Shown here: positions 9,873 to 21,176 of the stretch, piece after piece
Position numbering within the stretch: the first letter of the stretch is position 1
How the letters are laid out: every line of letters starts with the position of its first letter
NCBI GenBank assembly: GCA_002633005.1
Contig: NMRA01001099.1
Coordinates: 1-54,607 of the forward strand
DNA: 54,607 nt
Source: Phoronis australis
Lineage: Eukaryota > Animalia > Phoronida
Direction: 5' to 3'
Translations under genes and position numbers: made by a program
Notes under the pieces: generated by a model
The model's database searches: none
Told to the model about the DNA's origin: nothing
Seen by the model: the letters and a program-made list of their open reading frames with translations, nothing else

Positions 9873-11670
9873 GCCCGCACGTTACTTCCGTTTAATGATA
9901 GCGGTTTAACCATTGTCAAGATTAATATGAGAGGTCAAATGCACATTTATGCGCGCGTTTATACAAAACTGTTTACAATGGCAACTGGTGCGTCTACTTA
10001 TAAGGTGTTCAAAATGCATTAAAATTGAAAAGAGATTCGCTGTCTGTACAGATCAATTAACATCTATGTTACCCCCAATGTTTTGAGAAGCATTTCAGGA
10101 AGGATCCCGATAAATGTGAAACTTTAAAGTAGCACTCGAGAAAATACATGAAGGAGGCAAGGTAAGATTTTTAGGTAACTGCCCATACTTTCTTCGCCTC
10201 AGGATCCTTGCTCTTCAAATATCTGTTTGAATATATATACAAAATGCCAACCCAAGAAACCGTACATCTTTCAATCGTCGATGGTCACAGAAACAAACCA
10301 GTTAACATGGAAGTACGGTCGAGCGTCTGTGGTCACGTGGTAAACATCCGGTAATATTTTACGGAAATCGCGGTAGCTTACACGAACGGGCAAATTTGCT
10401 AACGAAACTTCCAAGATAGTTCCGTTTTGCTTGCTTCGAATAAACGTTGCCTCAGCTTGTCTATTAAATTTCTTTAGGCCCATTACATGGTAACTAAAAA
10501 CTATCAGTGGTTCCTAGCTAAAAATGATGAATTCGGAACTTTCCACGGGATGTTTAAGTCTTTGTTTTTTACAAAAAGGCCTTGACGTGGAATATCGAAC
10601 AAAGGATTGTGTGGTTAATGAAAAACAGAAGCAGGATTTGTCGCGTGTGTGCCAAAAGTTACGTCGATTTTCGTGAAAAATAACGATGTTGCCGAAAAAA
10701 CGTCACATTTGACTACACATATTCCCAGTTTCACGTCTCTGTGGTCATCAAGGATTGGAAACACGTACATGGTTTCATGGTTCCCAATTGGTAATTGAAA
10801 AGATACATGTGTATGAAGCAATATGACGTAACCCTTGCGGCACAGGGGGTAGGCCGGACTTTTAAGAACTGAAATCGTATGTATAATTAACAGTCGTGAT
10901 TAGAAGCACGCAGCTGTAATTGTTTAAAACATTAACTAGATTAGGTTGCGTTACATCGATAGATTTTATAAAGTTTGGTTTGCAAATCGACGGTTCTCTG
11001 ATGCCAGCGTATATCCGAAACAGTAGTTATCATTATTTTTAACTGCTCTTACATGTTAAGAGTAGCAACATGTGACTGCTCAGACACATGTATCGGTTGA
11101 CTGTTGGGGTCTGAATTTGATTCCTGTCTCTGTCATTTCCAAATTCGTAGTTTTTGTGGTCTTTCTTTTGGTTAAAACATTAAACTTCTCCAGATTTCTA
11201 AGATTAATTAATGTATGAGCGGTGCGAACACCAGTATGTGAGTTATTCGTTCCGTGACAGGCATACACGAACGCATCTCCTCCCCTGTCCTCACTCCTGT
11301 TCCCCAATCTTGGTCAGGGTATTTTTCTTGCTGTCACATTAAACTGAACAACGTACCTGTGTTTCCAGCAGGATGTGCTGTCAAGTTGAACGCTCACCTA
11401 TTGATGATCAATCTTCCTAACAGGTGCATGTTTTAGAATAATATAGTCGTCCGTTACTCATGCAGTCAGGGCCGACGCCTTAGCATATTACGTGGACCGA
11501 CTTTCGTAACACTACAGTTTACCTTAGAGCGCAAAAGTTTTATTTTAATTTTAAATTTATTAAATTATATCAAGGACGAAATAATGTTTATAAACGTCAA
11601 AGCTTCTAATGTCAAAATTACATGAGTGGGTACAGGAGTTAAATCATAGCGTAAACGCGTATAATTTTGT

Positions 11671-11897
11671 GGAGGGAGTGTAGCCCGGTGGAACTGACTT
11701 GACAACTACCAATTTAAAGATCGTGGATTCGACTCCTACTAGACTACAGCGCTGTACCCTGGATCTCACTTTGTATGCATTCTGGTGTATAATATGTTCT
11801 GTGATGTAATGTTGTATCGTGCTTGTATCTGTGGGAGCACCATGATGTAAATTAACACGTATCCTCAATTTGTAACGTTAAATATCATCATCATAAT
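11671..11897 (+). mobile_element. tRNA-derived SINE (second family)
   Basis: Box A TAGCCCGGTGG (11681-11691), box B-like GGATTCGACTCC (11725-11736), and a short (ATC)n tail at ~11884-11894. No clean cloverleaf. Confidence 0.6.
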
Positions 11898-13109
11898 TGT
11901 ATATAAGCTAACGAATGTTAAACACTATCCTATTGCTGTTACGAAAATTACATTTGTTCGTATTATTGACAGGCAGGTGCATCCGTAGCTTCCACATAAA
12001 TGGCGGAATTACTACGTATATGAATGAGCTACACGATTTTGAACGGCAAGAGGAATTCTATCTCAAGATTATCATCAGATAATTGAATTCTAATGCGTAC
12101 ATCGTTGTGCAAAACTTGAGAAACACAAATGTGTACTAAAAAATCTTACCTCTATTTCTTCACCGTTATCAATGCGGCATACACGCATCCAGTTTATCAT
12201 GCGCCCGAACGCACATTTCGCTGTAGATTTACCAACAGAGTAAGCACGCTAATGTCGTTGCTGTAATGCGTTAATGTCCATAGGCAACTGATTTAGAAAG
12301 GCTAACTGCGAAACACGGTTAGAAATAATTATAACTGTCGGCAATTATCATCTCAGTCCCGGCGCAATATTTTATTAATTATAAACTGTGGAAAATAAGT
12401 GTCGGATAGCCTCAGCAACTGCCTTATCCTTACATTCTAGTTCAAGGAAATTCAAGAAGACTACGCGCATGTTATGAGGAAACCTCGGTAAAAAGGCTGA
12501 GTCTGTAAGATGAAATTACACGGTTCGAGAGAGTAAGTACGATTCAAAGAGACCCAATTTTTGGTATTTTCTATGTAAAGTTACCATTCGGTCGTTTTCT
12601 CATAACAAAATCCCTTTGTACACTTTAACAAAATGCTTATTCATTGAATGAACAATTCTTTGGGTGTCGTTTAATTATTGTAGCTGGCATATATGAGATA
12701 AAAACGAAAATAGTAATACAATGATGGCGCGATGTAACGGATCTTACATGAAGTTTTTTACCACTATAAACTTTGATATTAACATTGAAAACAATTATAA
12801 CAAAATGTGCGCTTAAAGAACTTTTCTCCAATGGGATTAATCTAATTCAAAACACTTGCTCGTAAAACTAGTTGTTTTCCACAGTTTGTCCACGCTATAC
12901 TTACGCTAATACTGCTGAGATACGTCTCTGCATCTACCTCTGTCCGTGTTTATTAAAATTTCAAAGGGAGTTGCAATAAGACGTTAGAGGGCGAGTGCGC
13001 ACACAGTGTACGTCAAATCCAACAGCACTGCAGCTGAACATAGCTGCAAAGCATTATTATAATAGAAATAGAAACATATGGTGAGCAAGACCGGCCATTA
13101 TCGTAGCCC

Positions 13110-14790
13110 GTATTTATTTATTAAAGTGATGTACGCTTAAATTTATTCAATTAATTCAGAACTTAAAAACACACCCAGCCCATTGGGTTATAGGTCACTG
13201 ATTACATAGTAGTATACAAAAAACTCTAACGTTTAAAAAAATGTTTCTTGAACAAAAACAGAAAGCTTCCCGAACAGATCAATCATTAAAAACTAAGTGT
13301 ATCCACATCAGAAGAAAATAAAGAAGTGGAATGCAAGTTTCTGGTCTCATTATATGGTTTTATACGTAAGTCCTAATATAGAGCGCAATAACAAACAAAA
13401 ATGAAGTAAGCGACATAACCTATTATCTATGCCTTCCAACTTCTATCTCCAATGGAATAATTCTAAATCTAAACTGACAAAATAAAGCACTCTTTACTCT
13501 AAGAAAACAAAAATATTTCCTCGGTTTTGAAATGTTCCTTAAAAGTCGTGTAAGTTCTCAATTTTGATTTTGACCTAATACCCTCCTTCCAGTTTTCCTA
13601 TAGTGAACATATTAATAGAACCCATGCTTTCAATATTGCAGAAAGACTTGTATGTAAAAACATTATTCATGTTGCACAAACTGAAAATACACTTCAGTTC
13701 AGTTAACCAGTTTTGTCCACATTGGGTAAAATTCCATTCAAAATTTGTCTAGTGAGGCGATAGAAATCCAAGCTAATACGTCTATTTCAAACTCTCAACA
13801 TACGCGCAAGGCAAATTAATCTTCTAGGGAGCCATTCTAATCCTCTGGCAAGTATGGGCGTGAAGCGGTGAACCCCTAAAAATATCTCCTGGCATGGTTT
13901 CGAACCATTTTGCAACAATCTATATCCTGAATCGCCAACTACCAGTCCCATATTCCATAACAGGTAGACCTTCTGCCTGATACATAGCACTGCAAACCAA
14001 AACCGACATCCTTCACAGATTTGAACTTCGAGGTAACCGCACTATAAGCGCTCTACCAGCCGAGTCGCATAAAGTGGTATCAAAATCTAAAAATTCGTCA
14101 AAATACACACCAAATATTTGTACTTGGTCTTTCAATTCAGGATTGCGTCTCCTACTAAGTTAAACAAAACACTGTAAAAAAAAACAGTGCAGGTGGTCTG
14201 ATGTCATTTGCGGTGCATCACACGTGCGCAGGCCTCATGGTTGGGCCCATTGCACAAAACACTTGAGCAAAAGCACGAGACCCCAATTATGGCTCCTCGT
14301 GAAGAAAGTTTTCAAGTCTGCCAGTCTCCTTTAGGAAAACGGACAGACACTGTAACCTGGAGCAGTTTCCATTTAAAGCACCACTGGTAACCATGTTCAA
14401 CACAACCTGTAGGTCAGCCTCGTTTTCTGCTAATAGAACAATATCATCCGCATAATGTAAAATAGCTGTCTTTAACTCGTCATCAATTTTGATTCCGATG
14501 TTTGTGTTTCTTAGTTCGGTTGCCAAATCATTCACAAAATACCAATTGAATTGGGCTACAAAATTTCTTCTTGGCGAACCCCACAAGTTGTTAGAAACTA
14601 ATTAGTAGTGGAGTTTATACTGTTTATGTGAAAACACGCAGATGTGTTCACGAGTAGAGACTTAATGGCAAAATACTCTTTCCCCAACAACTTGATTTTC
14701 AAAAAGTTTCAGGAGGATAAGAAGATCTCTGTCCTCCGACCCAGTCGAAAGCCTTTTGATAGTCAATAAAGCAAGCAAATGGACATTGCT
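13110..14790 (-). mobile_element. 5'-truncated, degenerate non-LTR retrotransposon (LINE) reverse-transcriptase relic
   Basis: Minus-strand RT motifs in the expected order: FACFIDYQKAFDW (~14779-14741), FVNDLATEL...ILHYADDIVLLAENEADLQ (ORF 14287..14586), KYKYL (~14125) and FLGVHRFTP. Many stops and frameshifts. An (AAAT)n-like tail lies near 13110-13123. Confidence 0.88.
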
Positions 14791-16084
14791 TGAATTTTAG
14801 TAGAAAGATGCTTCATGAGTTTAATACGGTGTTTTTCTAATTGTATGCATTTACACATTTCCAAATGCAAAAGCAACTTCGAAACATTATGCACAGACGA
14901 AAACCGAGGCCGAAGGTTCATATGACGTGATGTGCTTGAAAGAAGGGCTTATATCTGTTTTATTATATGAGCACTGGTGCTTCTTTGCTCTGATTTCTCC
15001 ATTTCTCATTAGATTGGAATGTTTTACGTGTGTTGATAAATTGACGTCGTCTACTTGTTTTGCAAGAACAGGGGTTTCTGTGGCCTGTAATTCATCAGAT
15101 CACAAAAAGTGACATCTGACGTCCGAGTGGCATGAATTAAAAGCGATACAACAAGGTTATGCGTACAACATCACCTCATTAACCACGTTATCGTGCTGCG
15201 CTTTAGCCAATCAGAAGATAGTAGTGTCAGTGAATGAGCAACAATACGTAATTAACCAACTAACTGTATACGTGAATAGTAATAAACACCAACATTTAAT
15301 ACACAATATCTATTCAGGTTTTTAATTGAGACGGAATAGTTTCATAGTCATCATTCTTATTTTACAATGTAAGAAATGATATGAACCCTTGTTCCCGAAA
15401 ACTGCAATACAGCATTTCATGCAACTATCTGCAACATTTGTGATACGGGAGAAGCGAATTCCTATATTGGCACCCAAATGTCAATTTCCGTTCAACCAGC
15501 TCAGGTGAAAATAGACGTTTTACCTTATTTTGAACAAGCTTTTATCGAATTCGAGTCGTGACATCCCTATCCATTTTCATTGACTTCAGAATAAAAAAAA
15601 ATCGCCATTACATGCAGAAGCCAAATAGAGCACCTCTTGTATAAAAATAGGGAGACTTTTTATGACGCCAGGTGTAAGTTCAGCCATTATCGGCGCCATT
15701 TTTATTGGCGCTCATTTGAACCCCATTTCAGCTCACTCATGTGTGTTCGCCTAGGAACGTCGACATCAGCTCCTATTTGTTCTAGTATTAATGTGTTCAA
15801 TGCGGAATGGTGCAGGTAATGGAGGAAGATACGACTCCTTTTATCACAACATGAGTGTGGAGACATTATCTGCTTTATATTTCTCTATTGATTCTATAGC
15901 ACCGTCTTATTCGTGAATAATGCTTGTACAATTAACTGGCATAGATGCGAAAACACTACACGCATTAGCGTTTTCTGAACATTACGATAATGCTACTAAA
16001 ACGACGATGGACAAAAAAATAATTATTCAGGGCACACGGAGTAAAAAAGAATCGTCATTTTAGCGACATAAGCCCCACACGCGC

Positions 16085-16230
16085 ATTCCGTTGACACGTG
16101 ACACTCGCGAATAAAGCTAGTGTGATCACGAGCTTCGCTCGCAATGCATGACGATATCTCGCGATGACTTGCGTGATCTTGCGTCTTTCATGTATTTCTT
16201 AAGTCTACGAAACGAATCTCTGGAAAACCA
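16085..16230 (+). repeat. Dispersed repeat family with core aagctagtgtgatc...gacgatatct..gcg (other copies ~38075-38183, ~38540-38672; inverted fragment ~17483-17528)
   Basis: Shared blocks cact[c/t]gcga..aagctagtgtgatc..ttcgct..aatgc.tgacgatatct..gcgt are visible by eye. Confidence 0.7.
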
Positions 16231-16639
16231 CTCACCGTATTTTGTAACTTTAAAGTGCCTTGTTCAAGAGCCGTATCTGTGATATCATCACCTTTAGTTT
16301 TTTGTTTTTCTACGTTTACAAGATTTTCATACAGACTGTAACTGGCACTGGTGTAATTTGTTGAAACCAGATTTTATATTAAACGTACATGTCTAGGTGA
16401 AGGCCACCACCTAAATATGGAATGGGATAAGTAGACGATTGAATTATATACGGCGTCGCAGAATTCATACTGGTCTTGTCTTTTCTAAACCATATATAGC
16501 ACAGCTTACTACCTTGACATTTTATTCGCGTCAATACAAAGATGTGACCTTTTAGAGCACGATTTCCAGGAACACTTACCTATTCGCTAAGAATAGCACG
16601 ACACAGAAACAGGGTGGCGGTTAGCCAGTTCAACACCAT

Positions 16640-17222
16640 TCATGTCAGACATAAAACTGAATTATATCTGACATCAATCCAAATCGTGTCTTATATAAAT
16701 CAGATTTATGTCTGACAAAAATCCGAATTGTTTATTACATAAAACAGAATTATGTCAGACATAAATAAAACGTATCTATGACATCAATCAGATTCATGCC
16801 AGGCATAAATGATAATGCCTGATATAAAATAATGTCTTACATAATTCTCAAATATTATTATACAAAATTCATTAATGTCAATCATAAATCTTATTTATAC
16901 CAGATATAAATAATGCTAATAGCGACCATTTTTCTTTTATGTGACATATATCGTATTTTTGTTTGACGTAAGTCGGCGAACGACAATCGTCAATACATTC
17001 ACTTAATCGGTGATTCTCATTGACTTTTATCAGACATAAATATAATTTATGTCAGATATCAATAGAATAATGGTGGATGTTACTCTGATATCCTGTTATA
17101 TAATTATGGTTGGCATTAATGAATTATGTTCGATATTATTCGAAAATTATATCAGACATAAATTAATTTATATCAGATTATTATCCATCTCTGACATAAA
17201 GTCTGATCTCTGTCAGACATAA
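16640..17222. repeat. Degenerate ~21-22-bp palindromic minisatellite (TTATGTCAGACATAAA-type)
   Basis: atgtcagacataa / atgtctgaca / atatcagacata units recur at ~21-22-bp spacing across ~580 bp. Confidence 0.75.
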
Positions 17223-17232
17223 CTCGGACAAA

Positions 17233-17283
17233 TAGTATAGTATAGTATAGTATGGTATAGTATGGTATAGTATGGTATAGTGT
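17233..17283 (+). repeat. (TATAG/TATGG)n pentanucleotide microsatellite
   Basis: Directly visible, adjoining the minisatellite. Confidence 0.9.
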
Positions 17284-18276
17284 AGATCTTATGAATAAAA
17301 CTATCGGTGAGAGCTTTTATTACACCAGGTGATATCGTATGGGCTTCTACCGGAACCCCGGCGGAAGACAAGACAGCTCCGCGTGGGACTAACAATTAGT
17401 TATCCAGAAGCATTAGTTGAACTTCTTGAGACCAAGAATTCAAGAACTATTGTGTCACTAGGATAGTCATAAAATCAAGTTCCTTGCGAGAAAAGCAAGA
17501 ACTCGCAAGACGGTAACCAGATATCGCCTTGCGTTGCAAGCGACGCACGTGACCACCGTGACAATTGCTTCGTTAAAGAGATTCTTTCGTGTACGAAATT
17601 GCTTTACCTTTTCGGCAAATGTGATGACTCGTGCGCATAAGTGTACACGAGAAGTAATTTATAGTTAATATTCCGAAGAACATATTTGGACTTGTGTTTC
17701 AGTCTTTGAAAGACCTTTCTAGAATTGTAGGGGCTGGCCAGTATTTCCCTAACCAAAGAACTAAAGGAGGATTGTAGGAGATAAATGACTGTCTTTTCTT
17801 GTTTGGAGATGAATTGCATAATCACTTCAGGTGCTTCCGCGTATCACTGTGGCTGTCATTTTGGACCACAGGGTGCTTAATAAAGCCATGTGTTCCCACA
17901 GGGAGAGGTTAAGCAAACTTCGCCATCAAACAAGAACGATTGCACGATTAAATCACATTAACAACGTTAGGTCTGGTTGAAAAACATTCTCGCAAGTTTG
18001 CAAACCCATCAAATCGATCGAAATGACAAAAACATTCAATGATAACAGCTTGGGATATAACCATTAAATTCTGATTAACAAGCGATAATACATGTTTTTA
18101 CATACTAAAAAAACTTCTGCACACAAGTACCACCGATTGGTCAGCTTGGATATGTGGTATGCAAAAATTTGATGTTTATAAATACCACGATTCTAACTTC
18201 CATCTGCACAAATTCCGCGTTATTTTTACAACCCTACGTCAGATATATGATATGCAGTTGTGTCTAAAATGTAATA

Positions 18277-18958
18277 TGTAATGAGCAGGTTCTAGTTTAG
18301 TTCTAAAGGCTTCATTTTGCTGTTCGAATTGTTTACTAACATATAGCACTTTGACTGGCCTGATCCATGAGGTCAGGGTAGTGGTTATGTATTTTGTTTG
18401 TAATAGACTACTAGAGAACATTCTAGTAGATTCCAGCATATTAGTGATTTAGATAGTGCATTCTAAAGCCTGATATAAGTCTGTAGAATGATTGGGTAGA
18501 TTCCGAAAACGTCGAGAATGTACTTGACTTGGTAAAAGTTCCAGAACATAGTAAAAGACTATAAATACCTAGCCACGGGTTTGTTAATCAGGTGAAGTTC
18601 AGGTAAAGTTACAGTTGAGTTGCACTTACAGGATTAGCAGGTACAGCGTTAGTCAATAGAAAGACAGCTATAGAGACAGCAGGTTGATTGAATCAACGTG
18701 TGTAACAGTTGCTGGAAGTGTCTTAGGAGTTCCTCACAAGTCAAGATTTCGCATCATTGGCTGAAGCATGTAACAGACATATGTCGGAAGTTTTGCTTTG
18801 AGTAGACTTGGGAACGTGCGGTCGAAATTAATAAAGTGATTAACTCGAACAAGTCTCAAGTCTATCATCACACCCAAAGCTATTGCCACATGTCACGTGG
18901 CAACTTGCGCTCATCCATCCACGGGTAGAACGTGGAATACCGTAAGTCATACTTGACA
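18277..18958 (+). mobile_element. Probable solo LTR (~680 bp)
   Basis: Begins TGTAA and ends TTGACA. TATAAATA at 18560-18567 and AATAAA at 18830-18835 are in U3-R-U5 order, with TCTAG/TTCCAG-rich short repeats upstream of the TATA box. There is no clean TSD and no second LTR in the window. Confidence 0.55.
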
Positions 18959-19669
18959 GTTATGGGTTAAACCATGATACTCAGCCTATATGTGTCATTT
19001 TGTACATGCTTCGTCTAAATCGTTTTCCATGAGAAATATCGACATTGGATCTACCTACAGGCGTACGTGTTTCTCTTCATTCACCTTCCTAACAATACAC
19101 GCGCGTGGGAGAATCATTGTTGGAGTTTAATTTGGATGTCTTCTTAGACATAACGTGAGACTATCGCGAACGATTTTCAAAATTAGTGTTGCTTTTCGAA
19201 CTTCGCATGAAATGTGAAATGAATTACGACGTCGAGTGAGAGCAATAGAAGATTATGGGTAGCTAAATTTCTTATAGGTGGTCACACCATTCAACGGATT
19301 TTTTTGTCCTTTGTACAAGGGATCATCTGCTTAGACTCGATGCCACTAACCCCACCGCTTACCAATAATGCGTTGCAAATTAGTGCCGCCATTAAAACAT
19401 GTTCGTTGTTTTGCTATGTCTCACTGACTGTTTCGTGTATTTGCACAAACTAAGTGTCTATACGCATGTATTAAGGGTCAATACGACAGAAAATTTTCAA
19501 AGTGACCACTTTTTGTTGCACACTATACACTAGCGTTGATGATTCTTTGATGGTTCACGTAAAGTGTACAGAAGTCAATAAAAACAAGGTCACACGTGCA
19601 AGATTCAGTTTTTAATCATCATTTCAGTTAGTAAAACCACAACAAAGTCGATCAAAGTCAATTTTAGAC

Positions 19670-20036
19670 TTGTGGGAGAGAATAACAGCTCCCCCTACCG
19701 ACTCTTGGTTTGACTTTCCACTCTGATCCGAGATTGTCTACATCAAAACCACATACTCAACGAGTAAACCACCGTGTTGCCCAATACAAGGGCTTCGGTG
19801 AACCCATACTTGAACGGCAAAAACCCTGTGACGAACAACGGTAGATGAGGAATAACGAAAGAGTGATACAACCGGTGTGGCCATATGGTTCTGTCTTGAC
19901 TAAATCGCCGGCTGATATGCTGCTGATCGATATTTGTGAAGTGGACAAACCGAAGAAGAAGAAAATGGCCAGTTGTTTGATGAAAGTAATCAGCAAAAAG
20001 GAAATTGCGGAACTTAAAAGTTATTTTGCTCACTAA
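19670..20036 (+). pseudogene. Decayed C-terminal fragment of a probable DNA-transposon-encoded protein (superfamily unresolved)
   Basis: The frame reads KPHTQRVNHRVAQYKGFGEPILERQKPCDEQR*MRNNERVIQPVWPYGSVLTKSPADML. It resembles the H..R.N......P....GW.....L.PVW..GP.LP..L.D.L tail I recall from multicopy invertebrate repeat-derived proteins. It contains an internal stop. Confidence 0.45.
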
Positions 20037-21035
20037 AATGAAAAACTCAAGTTTGCATGTATTATTGTTTTCACTGTGTCATTCACGCTTCACGCCTGCA
20101 TTTAATGAAGAACCAATACAAATTTGTGATCTAGCACTCAATATGTACAATTGACTACTTAAGAAAAGGTTCTAACGTAATTTTTAACCCTCAAAGTTTA
20201 GATATAGAAACTTAATATGTTCAATAACATGAAATTAATCATTTAGATATTGAAAAATAACGAAATTTCGAAAAGCGCGGAGCTAATTTGCATAAAAACA
20301 TATGTGAGACATGTTTCCCTCTTGCCAACCTCAATTTTCATTCCTCGCCACCACGTTCTTTCACAAAAATGCAGTTAGAAGTTGGTATCCAGGGGGCGCT
20401 AAGGAAGCCATTTTCTCATAAGACTATAGCTATACTAACAACTTCCAATCACAGAAACCAACTTTCATTTACACTCTTTGCCATTATGAAATTGGTCTCA
20501 AAAGTCAATTTGTAGGTGATTTTAGAAACAGATCAGTGAATGGCCTATATCAAAACTTCGCTTCTTAGACTCAACAACGGTTTATAGCCGTTTTAAATGT
20601 ACGTTTATTGATTCCCGAGGAGAAGGTAATACATAGGTGCCGCTCAGATGCCTGTGTTTTAGCCACATCTAGATTCCCCGGGAAAGAGAGGATTTTCCAA
20701 ATTAATTTCCAACGAAATAGTTCACTTCATGGTTAGGAACTATGTAAAAGGGCTAGAAGGATTCGACTCTCTAATTGGCCTCATTTTTATCAGGTAAATA
20801 CTTTTTATCTCTAAAGAAAGTTAATAACAGCAAATGCTAACTAGTAACTATCTAGCAATGCAAATGGTACAACTTTCAGCATTCGTCTAACTTTGATATA
20901 AGGATACAAGGAATATAAACAATTTTCAAATATAGGCTTGCGGTGGTCCAAAGATGATTGAAATATAAAGTACTGGCCCCATTTTAACATCGAGCTGAGT
21001 TTCTAATAGGCATATTATTTTTCACAGCGGAAGGT

Positions 21036-21176
21036 CTTTAGTTAGGTCCATAGATCCTCAGCTCGGTTTTATCTATATACTAATAAAGCATAAAAATGGT
21101 TTCAGGTGAACACTGTAAGGGACCCACCTGAGCGGCCTGCGCATGTCTGGTACAACGTGTACCAACCAGACAGCCT
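21036..21176 (+). mobile_element. Headless copy of the 3379-3600 SINE body
   Basis: tcctcagctcggtttta.ctata..aaaaat.gtttcaggt..cggcctgc.ca.gtctggtacaa..ccagac.gcc is shared with 3487-3600. Confidence 0.75.
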
